The notes: generated by a model from the sequence alone, not told the origin. A stretch of 64,000 nucleotides of DNA from Gemmatimonadaceae bacterium (GCA_040901985.1 JBBDYC010000005.1:56423-120422); one strand, 5' to 3'. Shown: positions 30,023-40,600, numbered from the stretch's first letter. Translations and numbers: made by a program.

Positions 30023-30380
30023 TGGAGGCGGGGAGATTCGAACTCCCGTCTTGCACAAGATCTTCCGCAGCGTCTACGCGTGTGTCCTGTCGCTTGATGT
30101 TTCCGGACGCTGGCCGACAGGCCGCCCACATCCGGATGAGCCCACTGGAGTCTCAGCCGCCGGCGGTGAGCGCGCCCTTGGCCTATCCCGGATTTGCGTT
30201 ACTTGAGCGCCGCCCCGGGAGGGCTGCCTCTCAAGCACTGCCACAGCAAGACTTACGTCTTACGCGGCGAGAGCGAAGTTTTGGTTCGCAGTTGGATCGT
30301 TCCCGAGTGTTTTACCAGGGACCCGAGGACCTGGACGCGCAGCCACGAGGTCACCCACACAATCGAAACCAGTCGCCCCC
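30023..30380 (-). ncRNA. ssrA: tmRNA; tag peptide (A)ANQNFALAA encoded at 30289-30260
   Basis: 5' end GGGGGCGACTGGTTTCGA, 3' T-arm/acceptor GACGGGAGTTCGAATCTCCCCGCCTCCA (CCA not encoded), and internal ORF GCG AAC CAA AAC TTC GCT CTC GCC GCG TAA. Confidence 0.96.
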
Positions 30381-30394
30381 GTCTGCTACTCCGG

Positions 30395-30423
30395 ATACTA
30401 CCCGGTCCGACGCCGTCTGGCAA
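30395..30423 (-). promoter_or_regulatory. sigma70-type promoter of ssrA
   Basis: Minus strand TTGCCA-N17-TAGTAT, just upstream of the tmRNA 5' end. Confidence 0.6.
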
Positions 30424-30437
30424 TCACCCGGCGCCGA

Positions 30438-32096
30438 TCACGCCGACCAGGTGCCGTCGGCCGTCGCCAGCTCCACGCGGTTCCGGCCGGCGTGCTTGGC
30501 GGCGTAGAGCGCCCGGTCGGCGCGGTCGAAGAGGCGGGACGAGGTGCCCGAGCGCGCGGCATACATCGCGATGCCGAAGCTGACGGTCACGCCGATGCTG
30601 CCGGCCGCGGTCCGCACCTGGAGCGCCTCGATGCGCCTGCGGAGCCGTTCGGCGACCTCGAGCGCGCCGGCGGAGTCCGTCTGCGGGAGGAGGAGCGCAA
30701 ACTCCTCGCCACCGATGCGCGCGACGAAGTCCACGTTGCGCCGTTCCGCTGCAAGTGCCCGGGTGACGGCAATCAGCACGGCGTCCCCCGACTCGTGGCC
30801 GTACGTGTCATTGACCTTCTTGAAAAAATCAATGTCCGCGACGACGAGCGCCGATTCGCCGCCGTAGCGGTCGGTCTCCTCGACCATCTTGTGGAATTTC
30901 TCGTCGAAGTGGCGTCGGTTGGGCAAGCTGGTGAGCTGGTCCGTCCGGGCCCGCTCCGTGGCATCGTGGACCGCCCACGCGGTATCGAGCGCCCCTGCCG
31001 CCACGACGCCAAGCTGGCTCAGCCTCGTCGCGTCGCTCTGCCCCAAGGCACCTGCCTCGGAGTGCCCGCACAGGAGGGCGCCGATCGTGGACTCGCCCTC
31101 GCCTCGGCGGAGCGCCACCACGACGAGCGACCCGGTCCCGTCCGGCAGCGGCGAATCGTCGAAGACGGGATCCTGCAGCCCCAGCAATGCCCGGGTATCT
31201 GAAATCGTGCGGGGCTCACCCGTCAAGCAGACGTCGCCGACGATTGACGATTGGCGGGCGGTGCCACGAACCCAAAACTGAGGCGCCCCGTCCGTCAGCT
31301 CGCGCGCCTCGCCGACGCTCGTCCGCGCATCCCACCGGACGACGATTGCCCACTCGGCACCGGCGACCCGGAGCGCGTCCTCGGCGAAGCGGCGCTCGAG
31401 CGCCAGCGGGTCGCGGCTGCCTTGCAACCGCATCGCCGTCCTCATCATCGCCCGCAACTTGCGGTTGCTGCGCGAGAGCTCGGTGCGCACGCGAATCAGT
31501 TCGCTCAGCATGCCGATGGCGTCGGCGTGGCGATGCAGCAGACCGCGGAGCACGGCCGGGTCGCCGGGCGCCACGTCGCTGAAGTGCGCGGTCAAGGCGC
31601 CGCTACCTTGGGTGAGCCGCACCAAGGCCAGCAACAAACGCGGATCGCCGGACTGGCGTTCACCCTCCCCGGCGATGCCGTCGAGCAGGGTGTCGAGGCG
31701 GGCGCGTTCGGCGGCGGCAAGGACCGGCGGGTCGGTGCCGCGCGCGCACGCGACGGCCTCGATTTCGTCCGCGATCCGTGGCCCCCGGCGCCAGAGCACG
31801 CACTGCGCCGCCCCGAGATGGTCGGCGGTCATCGCCAGGGCGGTGGCGACCGTCCGATGGTCCTCCCGCTCGTAGTCCTCCGGAATCGGCTGCTCGTCCG
31901 CCCGGAAGGCATCGAACAGGTCGTCACGCTCCTGCGGAGCGGGCGCGACCGCCGGCGAGCCGCGGGCGAATGGACTGGCCGCCACAGCGGCGCGCGCGCG
32001 CGCCGCCTCGAGCTGGCGGCGTGCCCCGAGGAAACCACGGAGCCACCACCACCCAGCCACCGCAAGCGCGAGGACCCCCAAGGTCCAGACGATCAC
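30438..32096 (-). CDS. Membrane-anchored GAF-GGDEF diguanylate cyclase
   Basis: N-terminal TM, GAF, TDQLTSLPNRR, DIDFFKKVND, RxxD I-site (RNVD) and GGEEF. GTG 32096 start is inferred. Confidence 0.9.
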   Translation of the reverse strand: MIVWTLGVLALAVAGWWWLRGFLGARRQLEAARARAAVAASPFARGSPAVAPAPQERDDLFDAFRADEQPIPEDYEREDHRTVATALAMTADHLGAAQCVLWRRGPRIADEIEAVACARGTDPPVLAAAERARLDTLLDGIAGEGERQSGDPRLLLALVRLTQGSGALTAHFSDVAPGDPAVLRGLLHRHADAIGMLSELIRVRTELSRSNRKLRAMMRTAMRLQGSRDPLALERRFAEDALRVAGAEWAIVVRWDARTSVGEARELTDGAPQFWVRGTARQSSIVGDVCLTGEPRTISDTRALLGLQDPVFDDSPLPDGTGSLVVVALRRGEGESTIGALLCGHSEAGALGQSDATRLSQLGVVAAGALDTAWAVHDATERARTDQLTSLPNRRHFDEKFHKMVEETDRYGGESALVVADIDFFKKVNDTYGHESGDAVLIAVTRALAAERRNVDFVARIGGEEFALLLPQTDSAGALEVAERLRRRIEALQVRTAAGSIGVTVSFGIAMYAARSGTSSRLFDRADRALYAAKHAGRNRVELATADGTWSA

Positions 32097-32103
32097 GGTC
32101 GCC

Positions 32104-32853
32104 TCAGGCCTCGAGGATTCGCGTCGCGGCCATCGCCGCGCCGAACCCATTGTCAATGTTGCACACCGTGACCCCAGCCGCGCAGGAGTTAAGCATCGTG
32201 AGGAGCGGCGCCAGGCCGCCGAACGCCGCGCCATAGCCAACGCTCGTCGGCACTGCGATCACGGGGACGCGCACCAGCCCGCCGACGACCGACGGCAGCG
32301 CCCCATCCATTCCCGCTACGACGATCACCACCGCCGCGTCACGCAACGTCTCACGCCGTGACAGGATCCGGTGGATTCCGGCGACACCGACATCGGTGAT
32401 GCGGGTCACCGGGTGTCCGGTGGCGTCGAGCGTCACGGCGGCCTCCTCGGCGACGGGAAGGTCGCTCGTCCCGGCCGTCACGATGGCCACGCACCGCGTG
32501 CCGCGCGGTACCGGCGTGCGACCCCGCAGCAGCACGGTGCGCGCGAGGTCGTTCAATTCCGCCTCCGCCCACGCGGCGCCGAGCGCGGCGCGGGTGTCGG
32601 CGGACGCGCGGGTCACGAGAAATCCGTCGCCGCGCTCGGCGAGCTTGGCGCAGATCGCCGTCACCTGTGCCGGTGCCTTTCCCTGCCCAAAAATGACCTC
32701 CGGAAAGCCCTGCCGGAGCGCCCGATGCTGGTCCACCGTCGCAAATCCGATCTCGTCCACCGGCGCCTCATCGAGCTGGGCGAGCGCCTTGGCGATGTCG
32801 GTCCGCCCCTGCGCCACTTCCTCCAGCAGGGCGCGAACGCGCTCGCGCCTCAC
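32104..32853 (-). CDS. larB: LarB-like (PurE-fold) nickel-pincer cofactor biosynthesis carboxylase
   Basis: GFPEVIFGQGK, AGTSDLPVAEEA, DVGVAGIHR, VPTSVGYG and NIDNGFGAA. Confidence 0.88.
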   Translation of the reverse strand: MRRERVRALLEEVAQGRTDIAKALAQLDEAPVDEIGFATVDQHRALRQGFPEVIFGQGKAPAQVTAICAKLAERGDGFLVTRASADTRAALGAAWAEAELNDLARTVLLRGRTPVPRGTRCVAIVTAGTSDLPVAEEAAVTLDATGHPVTRITDVGVAGIHRILSRRETLRDAAVVIVVAGMDGALPSVVGGLVRVPVIAVPTSVGYGAAFGGLAPLLTMLNSCAAGVTVCNIDNGFGAAMAATRILEA

Positions 32854-33845
32854 GCCGCCTCGACTTCGCGCAGGGCGTCGTCGGCGAGATACTCGGCAAA
32901 GATCCCCTCGACCTCGCCGAAGGAGTTCACCGCGTGGAGCTTCCGCCGGAGGTCCGCCGAATGGGCGAGGCCACGCGCATACCAGCCGAGGTGCTTCCGG
33001 AACTCGAGCGCCGCGCCGGTCGGGTCCTGCTCGTACGACTCGACCATCCGCGCGTGCGAGAGCGCAATCGCGAAGCGTTCCTCCACCCCCGGCGTCGCCG
33101 GCACCGGCGCGCCGTCAATCAGCGCGCGTGCCTGCCGGAAGATCCAGGGCTGGCCGAATGAGCCGCGGGCGATCATCACGCCGGCACACCCGGTCTCGCG
33201 ATGCATCCGCGCGGCGTCCTCCGCCGTCTTGATGTCGCCGTTGCCGATGACCGGGATCTCCAACGCGTCGGCGAGCGCGGCAATCTCCGCCCACCGGGCG
33301 GTGCCGGAATACATCTGCGTGCGCGTGCGCGGGTGCAGGGCGATGGCCTTCACGCCGGCCTCCTGGCAGCGCAGCCCGATCGCCACCGGATCGCGCATCT
33401 CCTCGTTCCAGCCACTGCGGATCTTGCAGGTCACCGGCAAGTGGGTGCCGCGGATCACGGCGCGGATCACCTGCTGCACGAGGTCGAGGTCGCGCAGGCA
33501 TCCCGAGCCGCCGTTCCGCTTTACCACCTTCTTCACCGGGCAGCCGAAGTTGATGTCAATGAATTCCGGCCGGAACACGTCGGTGACGAAGCCCGCCGCC
33601 TCCTCCATCGCCTGCGGGTCGGCGCCGAAGATCTGGACGCCGATCGGACGCTCGTCCTCACCGAAGGCGAGCTTGCTGATGGTCGCCTCGTTCTCGCGCC
33701 GAATCCCCTCGGCCGACAGGAACTCGGTGACGACCACATCGGCGCCCCAGGCGCGACAAAGGCGCCGGAATGGGGATTCCGACACCCCTGCCATCGGGGC
33801 GAGGAAGAGCGGGACCGCGTGGTCAACGGGGTAAGGAAACGGCAT
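32850..33845 (-). CDS. dusB: tRNA-dihydrouridine synthase
   Basis: LAPMAG, DINFGCP, KIRSGW, HPRT and IGNGDI. Confidence 0.92.
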   Translation of the reverse strand: MPFPYPVDHAVPLFLAPMAGVSESPFRRLCRAWGADVVVTEFLSAEGIRRENEATISKLAFGEDERPIGVQIFGADPQAMEEAAGFVTDVFRPEFIDINFGCPVKKVVKRNGGSGCLRDLDLVQQVIRAVIRGTHLPVTCKIRSGWNEEMRDPVAIGLRCQEAGVKAIALHPRTRTQMYSGTARWAEIAALADALEIPVIGNGDIKTAEDAARMHRETGCAGVMIARGSFGQPWIFRQARALIDGAPVPATPGVEERFAIALSHARMVESYEQDPTGAALEFRKHLGWYARGLAHSADLRRKLHAVNSFGEVEGIFAEYLADDALREVEAA

Positions 33846-33891
33846 CTCGATGGAAGCTACAAGAGCCCCCAACTGCTTGCAATATCAGTAT

Positions 33892-33920
33892 TTGACAGCC
33901 CTCGGAGGTCCGGCTAACTT
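33892..33920 (+). promoter_or_regulatory. sigma70-type promoter of the PTS IIA gene, probably leaderless
   Basis: TTGACA-N17-TAACTT, 6 nt before ATG 33927. Confidence 0.7.
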
Positions 33921-33926
33921 CGCCTG

Positions 33927-34379
33927 ATGGAACTCCGGGAATTCTTCGCCGAGGATGCCGTACAACTCGACCTTGCGGGCTCCACCAAGGACGACATCCT
34001 GAAGGAGCTGATCGGCCTGCTGAAATTGGCGGACGCAGAAGAAGGGATGCTCTTCAAGATGCTGAAGCGGCGCGAAAATCTTGGCTCGACGGGAATCGGC
34101 CGCGGCATCGCCATCCCCCACTGCCGCTCGCTGGTGGTGAACAAGCTCCGCGTGGCGTTCGGCCGCAAGGCCGCCGGCCTGGACTTCAAGGCGATTGACG
34201 ACCAGCCGGTGCAGTTCTTCTTTCTCATCGTCGCGCCGCCGCTCGAGGTCTCGAATCAGTACCTCCCGGTGCTGGGCAAGATCGCACAGTTCTCCAAGGA
34301 GCCCGACGTGCCAGCGCGGCTGCTCGCGCTGACGACGCCGACGCAGTTCATGGCGCTGCTCGAGGAGAAGGGCGTCTAG
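33927..34379 (+). CDS. Stand-alone PTS EIIA (Fru/Ntr-type) domain protein
   Basis: RENLGSTGIGRGIAIPH phospho-His motif and DFKAIDDQPV. Confidence 0.9.
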   Translation: MELREFFAEDAVQLDLAGSTKDDILKELIGLLKLADAEEGMLFKMLKRRENLGSTGIGRGIAIPHCRSLVVNKLRVAFGRKAAGLDFKAIDDQPVQFFFLIVAPPLEVSNQYLPVLGKIAQFSKEPDVPARLLALTTPTQFMALLEEKGV

Positions 34380-34425
34380 GTCGTCGCCTCCCGCCGCCCG
34401 GGCGCGATCGGTCACGCGCCGGCAA

Positions 34426-35796
34426 TCAGCCGTAATCCATCACCAGCCGTTGCACCTCGGCGCCGAGTTTGCGCCGCACCCGGCCCAGTTGGAGCACCGC
34501 CGCCGCCGCGAGCCCCGCGGTCAGGCCCCACCAGAGTCCGGGCGCGCCCTGCCCGTACCGAAACGCCAGCAACGCCCCGAGCGGGATGCCGACCGCCCAG
34601 AAGCTCAGCGCGTGGAGAATCATCGGCACGCGCGTGTCCCCGGCGCCGCGAAGGATGCTCGCCGAGATCACCTGCGTCCCGTCAAACACCTGGAAGACCG
34701 CCGCGATCGGAATCAGCGTCGCCGCGAGCGCGAAGGTGGCCACGTCGTCCGTGTACGCCCCGGCGAGCCGCGCCGGGATCAGCCAGAAGAGCACCGCCAT
34801 CGCCGCCATGAACCCCACGCCGCAGGCGAGGGCGGCCACGGCATCGCGTCGCGAGGCAGCGACGTCGCCGCGGCCAATCGCGTGGCCGACCATCACCGCC
34901 GCCGCCGCCGCCACCCCCATCGGCACCATGAACGTCATTGACGCCAGGCTCAGCGCGATCTCGTGGCCGGCGAGCGTCGTCGTGCCCATCCAGCCCGCCA
35001 TCACCGTCACCAGGCCGAACGCCCCCGCCTCGGCGAGGAACTGCAGGCCCACCGGGACCCCGAGCCGGAACATCCGCGCCAGCGGCGCGAGCGCCGCGCT
35101 CTCCCGGCGCCACGGCGCCAGGGTCGGTCGCAGGACGCGCCACCCCGCGGCGAGCAGCACGGCCGCCATCACCCAGCGCGAGATCGCCGTCCCCTGCGCC
35201 GACCCGATGACCCCGCCGGCGGCGAAGCCGAGGTTGCCGAAGATCAGCACCCAGTTGAGAAAGACGTTCGCAACGTTCGCGACGACGACCGCGACGAGGA
35301 TCGGCGCCACCCGGGTGAACGCCTGCAGCGTCTGGCGCAGCATATTGAACGCGAAGAACGGGAGCATCCCGGGAATACTCCAGAGCACGTAGCCGGCCGC
35401 GAGCGGGACCACCTCGGCCGGTTGGCGCAGGAAGCCCAACACCCGCTCGGCCGGAAGGAACGTGGCCGAGACGATCAGGGCGATGATCACGGTCATCAGG
35501 ACGCCGCGCTGGACCCCGCGGGCAATTGCCGCCTCATCCCGCGCCCCGACCGCCTGCGCGATCACCGGGTCGAGCGCCATCAGGATCCCGATCCCGATGA
35601 TGGCGGTGATGAAGAAGTAGAAGTTGCCGAGCGCGCCGGCGGCGAGCGCAGTGGCGGAGACACGCCCGAGCATCAGCGCATCCACCAGCCCCATCGCCTG
35701 CATCCCGATGTTGACGAGGACAATCGGCGCCGCGAGCCGCACCATCTCGCGCAGTTCACCGGGGGTCGGGCGAAGCTGGGCGAGACGGCCTACCAC
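34426..35796 (-). CDS. MATE family efflux transporter (NorM-like)
   Basis: LAAPI, DALMLGR, LNWVLIFG and FQVFDG.Q..LRGAGDT. Confidence 0.92.
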   Translation of the reverse strand: MVGRLAQLRPTPGELREMVRLAAPIVLVNIGMQAMGLVDALMLGRVSATALAAGALGNFYFFITAIIGIGILMALDPVIAQAVGARDEAAIARGVQRGVLMTVIIALIVSATFLPAERVLGFLRQPAEVVPLAAGYVLWSIPGMLPFFAFNMLRQTLQAFTRVAPILVAVVVANVANVFLNWVLIFGNLGFAAGGVIGSAQGTAISRWVMAAVLLAAGWRVLRPTLAPWRRESAALAPLARMFRLGVPVGLQFLAEAGAFGLVTVMAGWMGTTTLAGHEIALSLASMTFMVPMGVAAAAAVMVGHAIGRGDVAASRRDAVAALACGVGFMAAMAVLFWLIPARLAGAYTDDVATFALAATLIPIAAVFQVFDGTQVISASILRGAGDTRVPMILHALSFWAVGIPLGALLAFRYGQGAPGLWWGLTAGLAAAAVLQLGRVRRKLGAEVQRLVMDYG

Positions 35797-35803
35797 GTCG
35801 GCC

Positions 35804-37348
35804 TCACTCCCACTCGATTGTCGCGGGGGGCTTGGAACTCACGTCATAGACGACGCGGTTGATTCCCGGCACCTCGTTGATGATCCGACTGGAGATCCGC
35901 GCCAGGACCTCGCTCGGGAAGGCAAACCAGTCGGCGGTCATCCCGTCGGTGCTCGTCACCGCGCGCAGCGCAATCACATGCTCGTAGGTCCGCCCGTCGC
36001 CCATCACGCCGACCGACCGCACGGGGAGAAAGACGGCGAACGCCTGCCAGATCTCGTGGTAGAGCCCGGCGGCGCGAATCTCCTCGAGGTAGATCGCGTC
36101 GGCTCGCCGCAGCGTCTCGACCTTCGCCGGGTCCACGGCGCCGAGGACGCGGATGGCGAGGCCCGGCCCGGGGAACGGGTGCCGGCCGACCATCTCCTCG
36201 GGCAGTCCGAGTTCGCGCCCGACGTTCCGGACCTCGTCCTTGAACAGTTCGCGCAGCGGCTCGATCAGCCGGAACTTCATATCGGGCTTGAGGCCGCCCA
36301 CGTTGTGGTGCGTCTTGATCACCGCGCTGGGGCCGCCCTTGGCGCTCACCGATTCGATCACGTCGGGATAGAGCGTGCCCTGGACGAGGAACTCGGCGCC
36401 GTTTCCGGCCGCCGCCGAGGCGTCCTCGAACACATCAATGAAGGTGTGGCCGATCGCCGTTCGCTTCCGCTCCGGGTCGTCGAGGCCCTGCAGCGCACCC
36501 AGAAAGCGCTCCTCGGCGCGGACGGTGATGAGCTTGATGCCGAGGTGCTGCCCCATCGTCCGCTCGACCTGCTCGCGCTCGTGGAGCCGCAGCAGTCCGG
36601 TGTCCACGAAGATGCAGGTGAGCTGGTCACCGATTGCCTTGTGCACCAGGGCCGCCGCCACCGACGAGTCCACGCCGCCCGAGAGTCCGCAGATCACCTG
36701 CTTCGCGCCGACCAACGTCCGGATCCGCGCGACCTCGAGGTCAATGAAATGGCCAGGGGTCCAGTCGGGTGTACAACCGGCAATGCCAAAGAGGAAATTC
36801 TCGATGATCTCGGCGCCACGCACGGTGTGCGCGACCTCGGCGTGGAACTGGATAGCGTGAATGGGCTTCGACCGGTGGCGGAAGCCGACCACGGGGTTCC
36901 CCTCGCTCGACGCCGTGAGCACGTAGCCGGGCGGCACGGTCTCGACGTGGTCGCCGTGGCTCATCCAGACCACGGAGCGCTCGCCGGCGGTGAAGCCCGC
37001 GAAGAGCCCCGCCGCCTCCTTCACCTGCATCTCGGCGCGTCCGTACTCGCGGCGCCCGCCGCCCTTCACCGCGCCGCCGGCGGCGACCGCAAGCCACTGC
37101 ATCCCGTAGCAGACGCCGAGCAGTGGCGCGACGTCGAGGATGGCCGAATCGAAGGTCGGCGCACCTTCGTCGGTCACCGAGTTCGGGCCGCCGGACAGGA
37201 TGATCGCCGTCGGTCGCCACGCGCGGATCCACTCGAGCGAGCGCGTCGGCGGGTGGATCTCCGAGAAGACGCGCGCCTCACGGACGCGGCGGGCGATCAG
37301 TTGCGTGAACTGCGAACCACAATCGAGGATGAGGACCCGCGACGTCAC
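35804..37348 (-). CDS. guaA: GMP synthase (glutamine-hydrolysing)
   Basis: [33 protein letters not shown] and [12 protein letters not shown] start. Confidence 0.97.
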   Translation of the reverse strand: MTSRVLILDCGSQFTQLIARRVREARVFSEIHPPTRSLEWIRAWRPTAIILSGGPNSVTDEGAPTFDSAILDVAPLLGVCYGMQWLAVAAGGAVKGGGRREYGRAEMQVKEAAGLFAGFTAGERSVVWMSHGDHVETVPPGYVLTASSEGNPVVGFRHRSKPIHAIQFHAEVAHTVRGAEIIENFLFGIAGCTPDWTPGHFIDLEVARIRTLVGAKQVICGLSGGVDSSVAAALVHKAIGDQLTCIFVDTGLLRLHEREQVERTMGQHLGIKLITVRAEERFLGALQGLDDPERKRTAIGHTFIDVFEDASAAAGNGAEFLVQGTLYPDVIESVSAKGGPSAVIKTHHNVGGLKPDMKFRLIEPLRELFKDEVRNVGRELGLPEEMVGRHPFPGPGLAIRVLGAVDPAKVETLRRADAIYLEEIRAAGLYHEIWQAFAVFLPVRSVGVMGDGRTYEHVIALRAVTSTDGMTADWFAFPSEVLARISSRIINEVPGINRVVYDVSSKPPATIEWE

Positions 37349-37857
37349 GTCTTCCACTCGGCCCCATCGAGTTTGACGAACTCGACCTGCTTGGTGTCGA
37401 GGTCGAGGATGGCCGCCGAGGGCGCGCCATAGATCCACCCGCACGCCTCGCCCGGATTGACGATCAGCGTGTCGTTGCGCGACTTCATCTCCTGCAGATG
37501 CGTGTGGCCGTGCACCACCACGCCGTGCGCGAGCACCGAGCGCTCCACGACATCGCCGATGTCGTGGACGATCAGCACCTTGTGGTCGCCGAACTTGATG
37601 CTGTGCGGCGACTCGAAGAGTTCCTGCCCCATCCCCTGCGCGGCGGCGGCGCGGATCCCCTCCGGGTCGCCATCGTTCCTGCCGAACACGCCGGCCATCG
37701 CGATCCCGTGGTCCTGGAACGGCTTGAGGGCGAACGGCGAGCAGTAGTCCCCGGCGTGGAGGACGAAGGTGACCCCGCGCGCCACCATCTCGCGCAGCAG
37801 CGCGTCAACTGCCGGCACACGGTCGTGGGTATCCGCCAACAGGCCGATCCGCATCAC
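37345..37857 (-). CDS. YfcE/MJ0936-type metallophosphoesterase
   Basis: DTH, HAGD, GHTH and NPG motifs. Confidence 0.88.
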   Translation of the reverse strand: MMRIGLLADTHDRVPAVDALLREMVARGVTFVLHAGDYCSPFALKPFQDHGIAMAGVFGRNDGDPEGIRAAAAQGMGQELFESPHSIKFGDHKVLIVHDIGDVVERSVLAHGVVVHGHTHLQEMKSRNDTLIVNPGEACGWIYGAPSAAILDLDTKQVEFVKLDGAEWKT

Positions 37858-39137
37858 TCCTCCATCCAGCGGGGGGTCGAGGACTCCAGGCGCACCAGGT
37901 CCTCGTACGACTCGCGCGCCGTGACCACCGCCCAGCGTGCGCCGTCCACCAGCACCTCGGCCGCGCGCGGCCGGGCGTTGTACTGCGAACCCATCACATA
38001 GCCATACGCGCCGGCGGTGTGCACCGCCAGTAGGTCCCCGGGGACGACCGCGCCGATCGTCCGGTCGAGCGCCAGGAAATCGCCGCTCTCGCAGACCGGC
38101 CCCACGATGTCGGCGACAATCTCGCCCGCCGTCGCCGTCACCGGCTCGATCCGATGGAAGGCGTCGTAGTGCGACGGGCGCAGGAGCTCGGTCATTCCGG
38201 CATCGCAGATGACGTAGGTCGTGCCGGCGTTCTCCTTTCGGTAGAGCACCCGGGTGAGCAACACGCCGCTCGCCGCCACGAGGTAGCGGCCGTGCTCCAC
38301 CACCATCTCGACGTCGCCGAGGGCGCGCGCCGCCTCGCCGAGGATGGCGCCATACCCGGCAAGGTCGGGCTCCTCCTCCCCCGCGTAGGGGACCGGAAGG
38401 CCGCCACCGACGTCAAGCCAGCGGATCGGCGCGCCGGCACTGCGCAACGCCTGCGCCAGCTCGACGAGGCGCGCCGCCCCTTGCCGGTACGCCTCGAACG
38501 AGTGCAGCTGCGAGCCGATGTGCATGTCCAGCGCCACCAGCGCCACCCCCTCCAGCGAGAGCGCCGCACGTCCGACCGCCAAGGCGTCGTCGAGCGCGAT
38601 GCCAAACTTATGGCCGCGCGAGCCCGTGGCGATGTAATGGTGGGCGTTGTGCACGTCCACCTCCGGATTGACGCGCAGGCCGACCGGGGCCGTCACGCCG
38701 CGCTCGACGGCGAGTGCCGCGAGGAGGCGCAACTCGGCCTCCGACTCGACGTTGATCAGCCGGACACCGGCCGCCAACGCGTCGCCCAGCTCCTGACGCG
38801 TCTTGCCCACGCCGCCGAAGACGATCTCCTTGCCGGTGAAACCGGCCTGCTGCGCGCGATAGAGCTCGCCGCCCGAGACGACATCCACGCCGCAGCCGAG
38901 GTCGCGCAGTACGCGCAGGAGGCCGCGGTTGGCGTTCGCCTTGAGCGCGTAGTGAATCCGGTGGGGCACGCCCTCGAGGGCCGTGCGCAGCCGGGCCACG
39001 CGCTCGCGCACGACGCCCGCGCTGTAGACGAAGACCGGCGTCCCCGCCGCCTCGGCGATCCGGGCCGCCGGGACCTCGTCGCAGTGGAGCGCGTCGGCGC
39101 GGCGGGTGAACCCCGCGGTCAGTACGCCTTGGCCCAC
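37854..39137 (-). CDS. lysA: Diaminopimelate decarboxylase
   Basis: YALKAN (PLP Lys), HIGSQ, GPVCESGD and GAYG..M.SQYN.RPR. GTG start is inferred. Confidence 0.94.
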   Translation of the reverse strand: MGQGVLTAGFTRRADALHCDEVPAARIAEAAGTPVFVYSAGVVRERVARLRTALEGVPHRIHYALKANANRGLLRVLRDLGCGVDVVSGGELYRAQQAGFTGKEIVFGGVGKTRQELGDALAAGVRLINVESEAELRLLAALAVERGVTAPVGLRVNPEVDVHNAHHYIATGSRGHKFGIALDDALAVGRAALSLEGVALVALDMHIGSQLHSFEAYRQGAARLVELAQALRSAGAPIRWLDVGGGLPVPYAGEEEPDLAGYGAILGEAARALGDVEMVVEHGRYLVAASGVLLTRVLYRKENAGTTYVICDAGMTELLRPSHYDAFHRIEPVTATAGEIVADIVGPVCESGDFLALDRTIGAVVPGDLLAVHTAGAYGYVMGSQYNARPRAAEVLVDGARWAVVTARESYEDLVRLESSTPRWMEE

Positions 39138-40600
39138 ACGACCTCGTGCTTTGCCTTCCCGCCGGTCACCAGGCAGGTGGCGGGGGCGGTCGGCGACCGG
39201 AACTCCGGATCGGGAATCACCCGGATGGTCGCCTTGGTCTCCGCCTTCACTTTCGCCTCGATGGCCGGGTCGCCGTTCCAGCCGGCGTAGACGAAGCCGC
39301 CCTCGCCCTCCATCAGTTGACGGAACGCGTCGTATGACATCGGCTCGCGATGCGTGGCCGCCTCGCGGCGCGCCTTGGCGTCGGCGAGCATCTGCCCCTG
39401 GATCTCCTCGAGCAGCTTGGCGACCTGCGGCGCCAGGTCGTGCATCGCGAGCGGCCCCTTGGCCTTGGTGTCGCGCCGAGCCGACATCACACTGCTCTGG
39501 TCGAGGTCGCGCGGGCCGAGTTCGAGCCGAAGCGGCACGCCGCGCAGCTCCCACTCGTAGTACTTCTCTCCCGGCCGCATCCCCTCGCGGGCATCCACGC
39601 GCACGCGCAGGCGATCGGTCGCCCCGCGCCCGGTCCAGGCCTGCAGGTCGTCGCGCAGCCGGTGCGCGGCGCCGACCACCCGATCGCGCTCCTCGTCCTT
39701 GCGGAAGATCGGCACGATCACCACCTCGATCGGCGCCAACCGCGGCGGAACACGAAGCCCGTGGTCGTCACCGTGCGTCATCACCAAGCCGCCAACCAGC
39801 CGGGTCGAGACGCCCCACGAGGTATTCCAGGCGAACGCCGTCTCCCCCGCCTCGTTCTGGAACTTGAGGTCGAACGCCTTGGAGAAGTTCTGGCCGAGGT
39901 TGTGCGACGTGCCGGCCTGCAGCGCCTTGTTGTCCTGCATCATCGCCTCGCACGAGTAGGTGCGCAGCGCGCCGGCGAACCGCTCGCCCTCGGTCTTGAT
40001 GCCGGTGATCACCGGCATCGCGATCCACCCTTCCATGAATTCGCGGTAGACCCCGAGCATCCGGCGCGCCTCCTCCTCCGCCTCGGTCTCGGTGGCGTGC
40101 GCGGTGTGGCCCTCCTGCCAGAGGAACTCGAGGGTGCGCAGGAACAGCCGCGTCCGCATCTCCCATCGCACCACGTTCGCCCACTGGTTGATCAGGATCG
40201 GGAGGTCGCGGTACGACTGCGTCCACTTGGCGAACATATGATAGATGATCGTCTCCGACGTCGGCCGGATGATCAGGGGCTCCTCGAGCTGCTTCCCGCC
40301 GCCGTGCGTGACGACCGCCACCTCGGGCGCGAAGCCCTCGACGTGGCTCGCCTCCTTCTGGAGGAAGCTCTGCGGGATGAGCAGCGGGAAGTAGGCGTTC
40401 TCGTGGCCCGTCGCCTTGAACATGTCGTCCAGGGCGCGCTGCATCCGTTCCCAGATGCCGTAGCCATTCGGGCGGATGACCATCGACCCCTTCACGGGCG
40501 AGTAGTCGGCCAGCTCGGCGCGCAGCACCAGCTCGTTGTACCAGGCGGAGAAGTCTTCCGCGCGGGTCGTCAGCTGCTTGTCGTTTCTTTCCTGAGCCAT
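39119..40600 (-). CDS. proS: Proline--tRNA ligase, archaeal/eukaryote-like type
   Basis: RPTSETII, QWANVVRWE, FLWQEGHT, QAGTSHNLGQNF and C-terminal AKAY. Confidence 0.96.
   Translation of the reverse strand: MAQERNDKQLTTRAEDFSAWYNELVLRAELADYSPVKGSMVIRPNGYGIWERMQRALDDMFKATGHENAYFPLLIPQSFLQKEASHVEGFAPEVAVVTHGGGKQLEEPLIIRPTSETIIYHMFAKWTQSYRDLPILINQWANVVRWEMRTRLFLRTLEFLWQEGHTAHATETEAEEEARRMLGVYREFMEGWIAMPVITGIKTEGERFAGALRTYSCEAMMQDNKALQAGTSHNLGQNFSKAFDLKFQNEAGETAFAWNTSWGVSTRLVGGLVMTHGDDHGLRVPPRLAPIEVVIVPIFRKDEERDRVVGAAHRLRDDLQAWTGRGATDRLRVRVDAREGMRPGEKYYEWELRGVPLRLELGPRDLDQSSVMSARRDTKAKGPLAMHDLAPQVAKLLEEIQGQMLADAKARREAATHREPMSYDAFRQLMEGEGGFVYAGWNGDPAIEAKVKAETKATIRVIPDPEFRSPTAPATCLVTGGKAKHEVVWAKAY

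Noticed and set aside
26890..30030. chrA-ars cluster as a tmRNA-integrated genomic island
   Set aside because: It lies next to the ssrA 3' end, but I found no integrase and no direct repeat of the tmRNA 3' end. The only match, TCCACTGAAC (28522-28531 versus 30017-30026), is 10 bp and inverted, which is compatible with chance.
30023..30050. Stand-alone tRNA gene
   Set aside because: The T-arm and acceptor belong to the tmRNA; the matching 5' end and tag ORF are present upstream.
39119..40600. Archaeal/eukaryote-type ProRS (and eukaryote-like PurB/PurC) as evidence of recent inter-domain transfer
   Set aside because: These subtypes are widespread in several bacterial phyla, and codon style matches the neighbouring genes.
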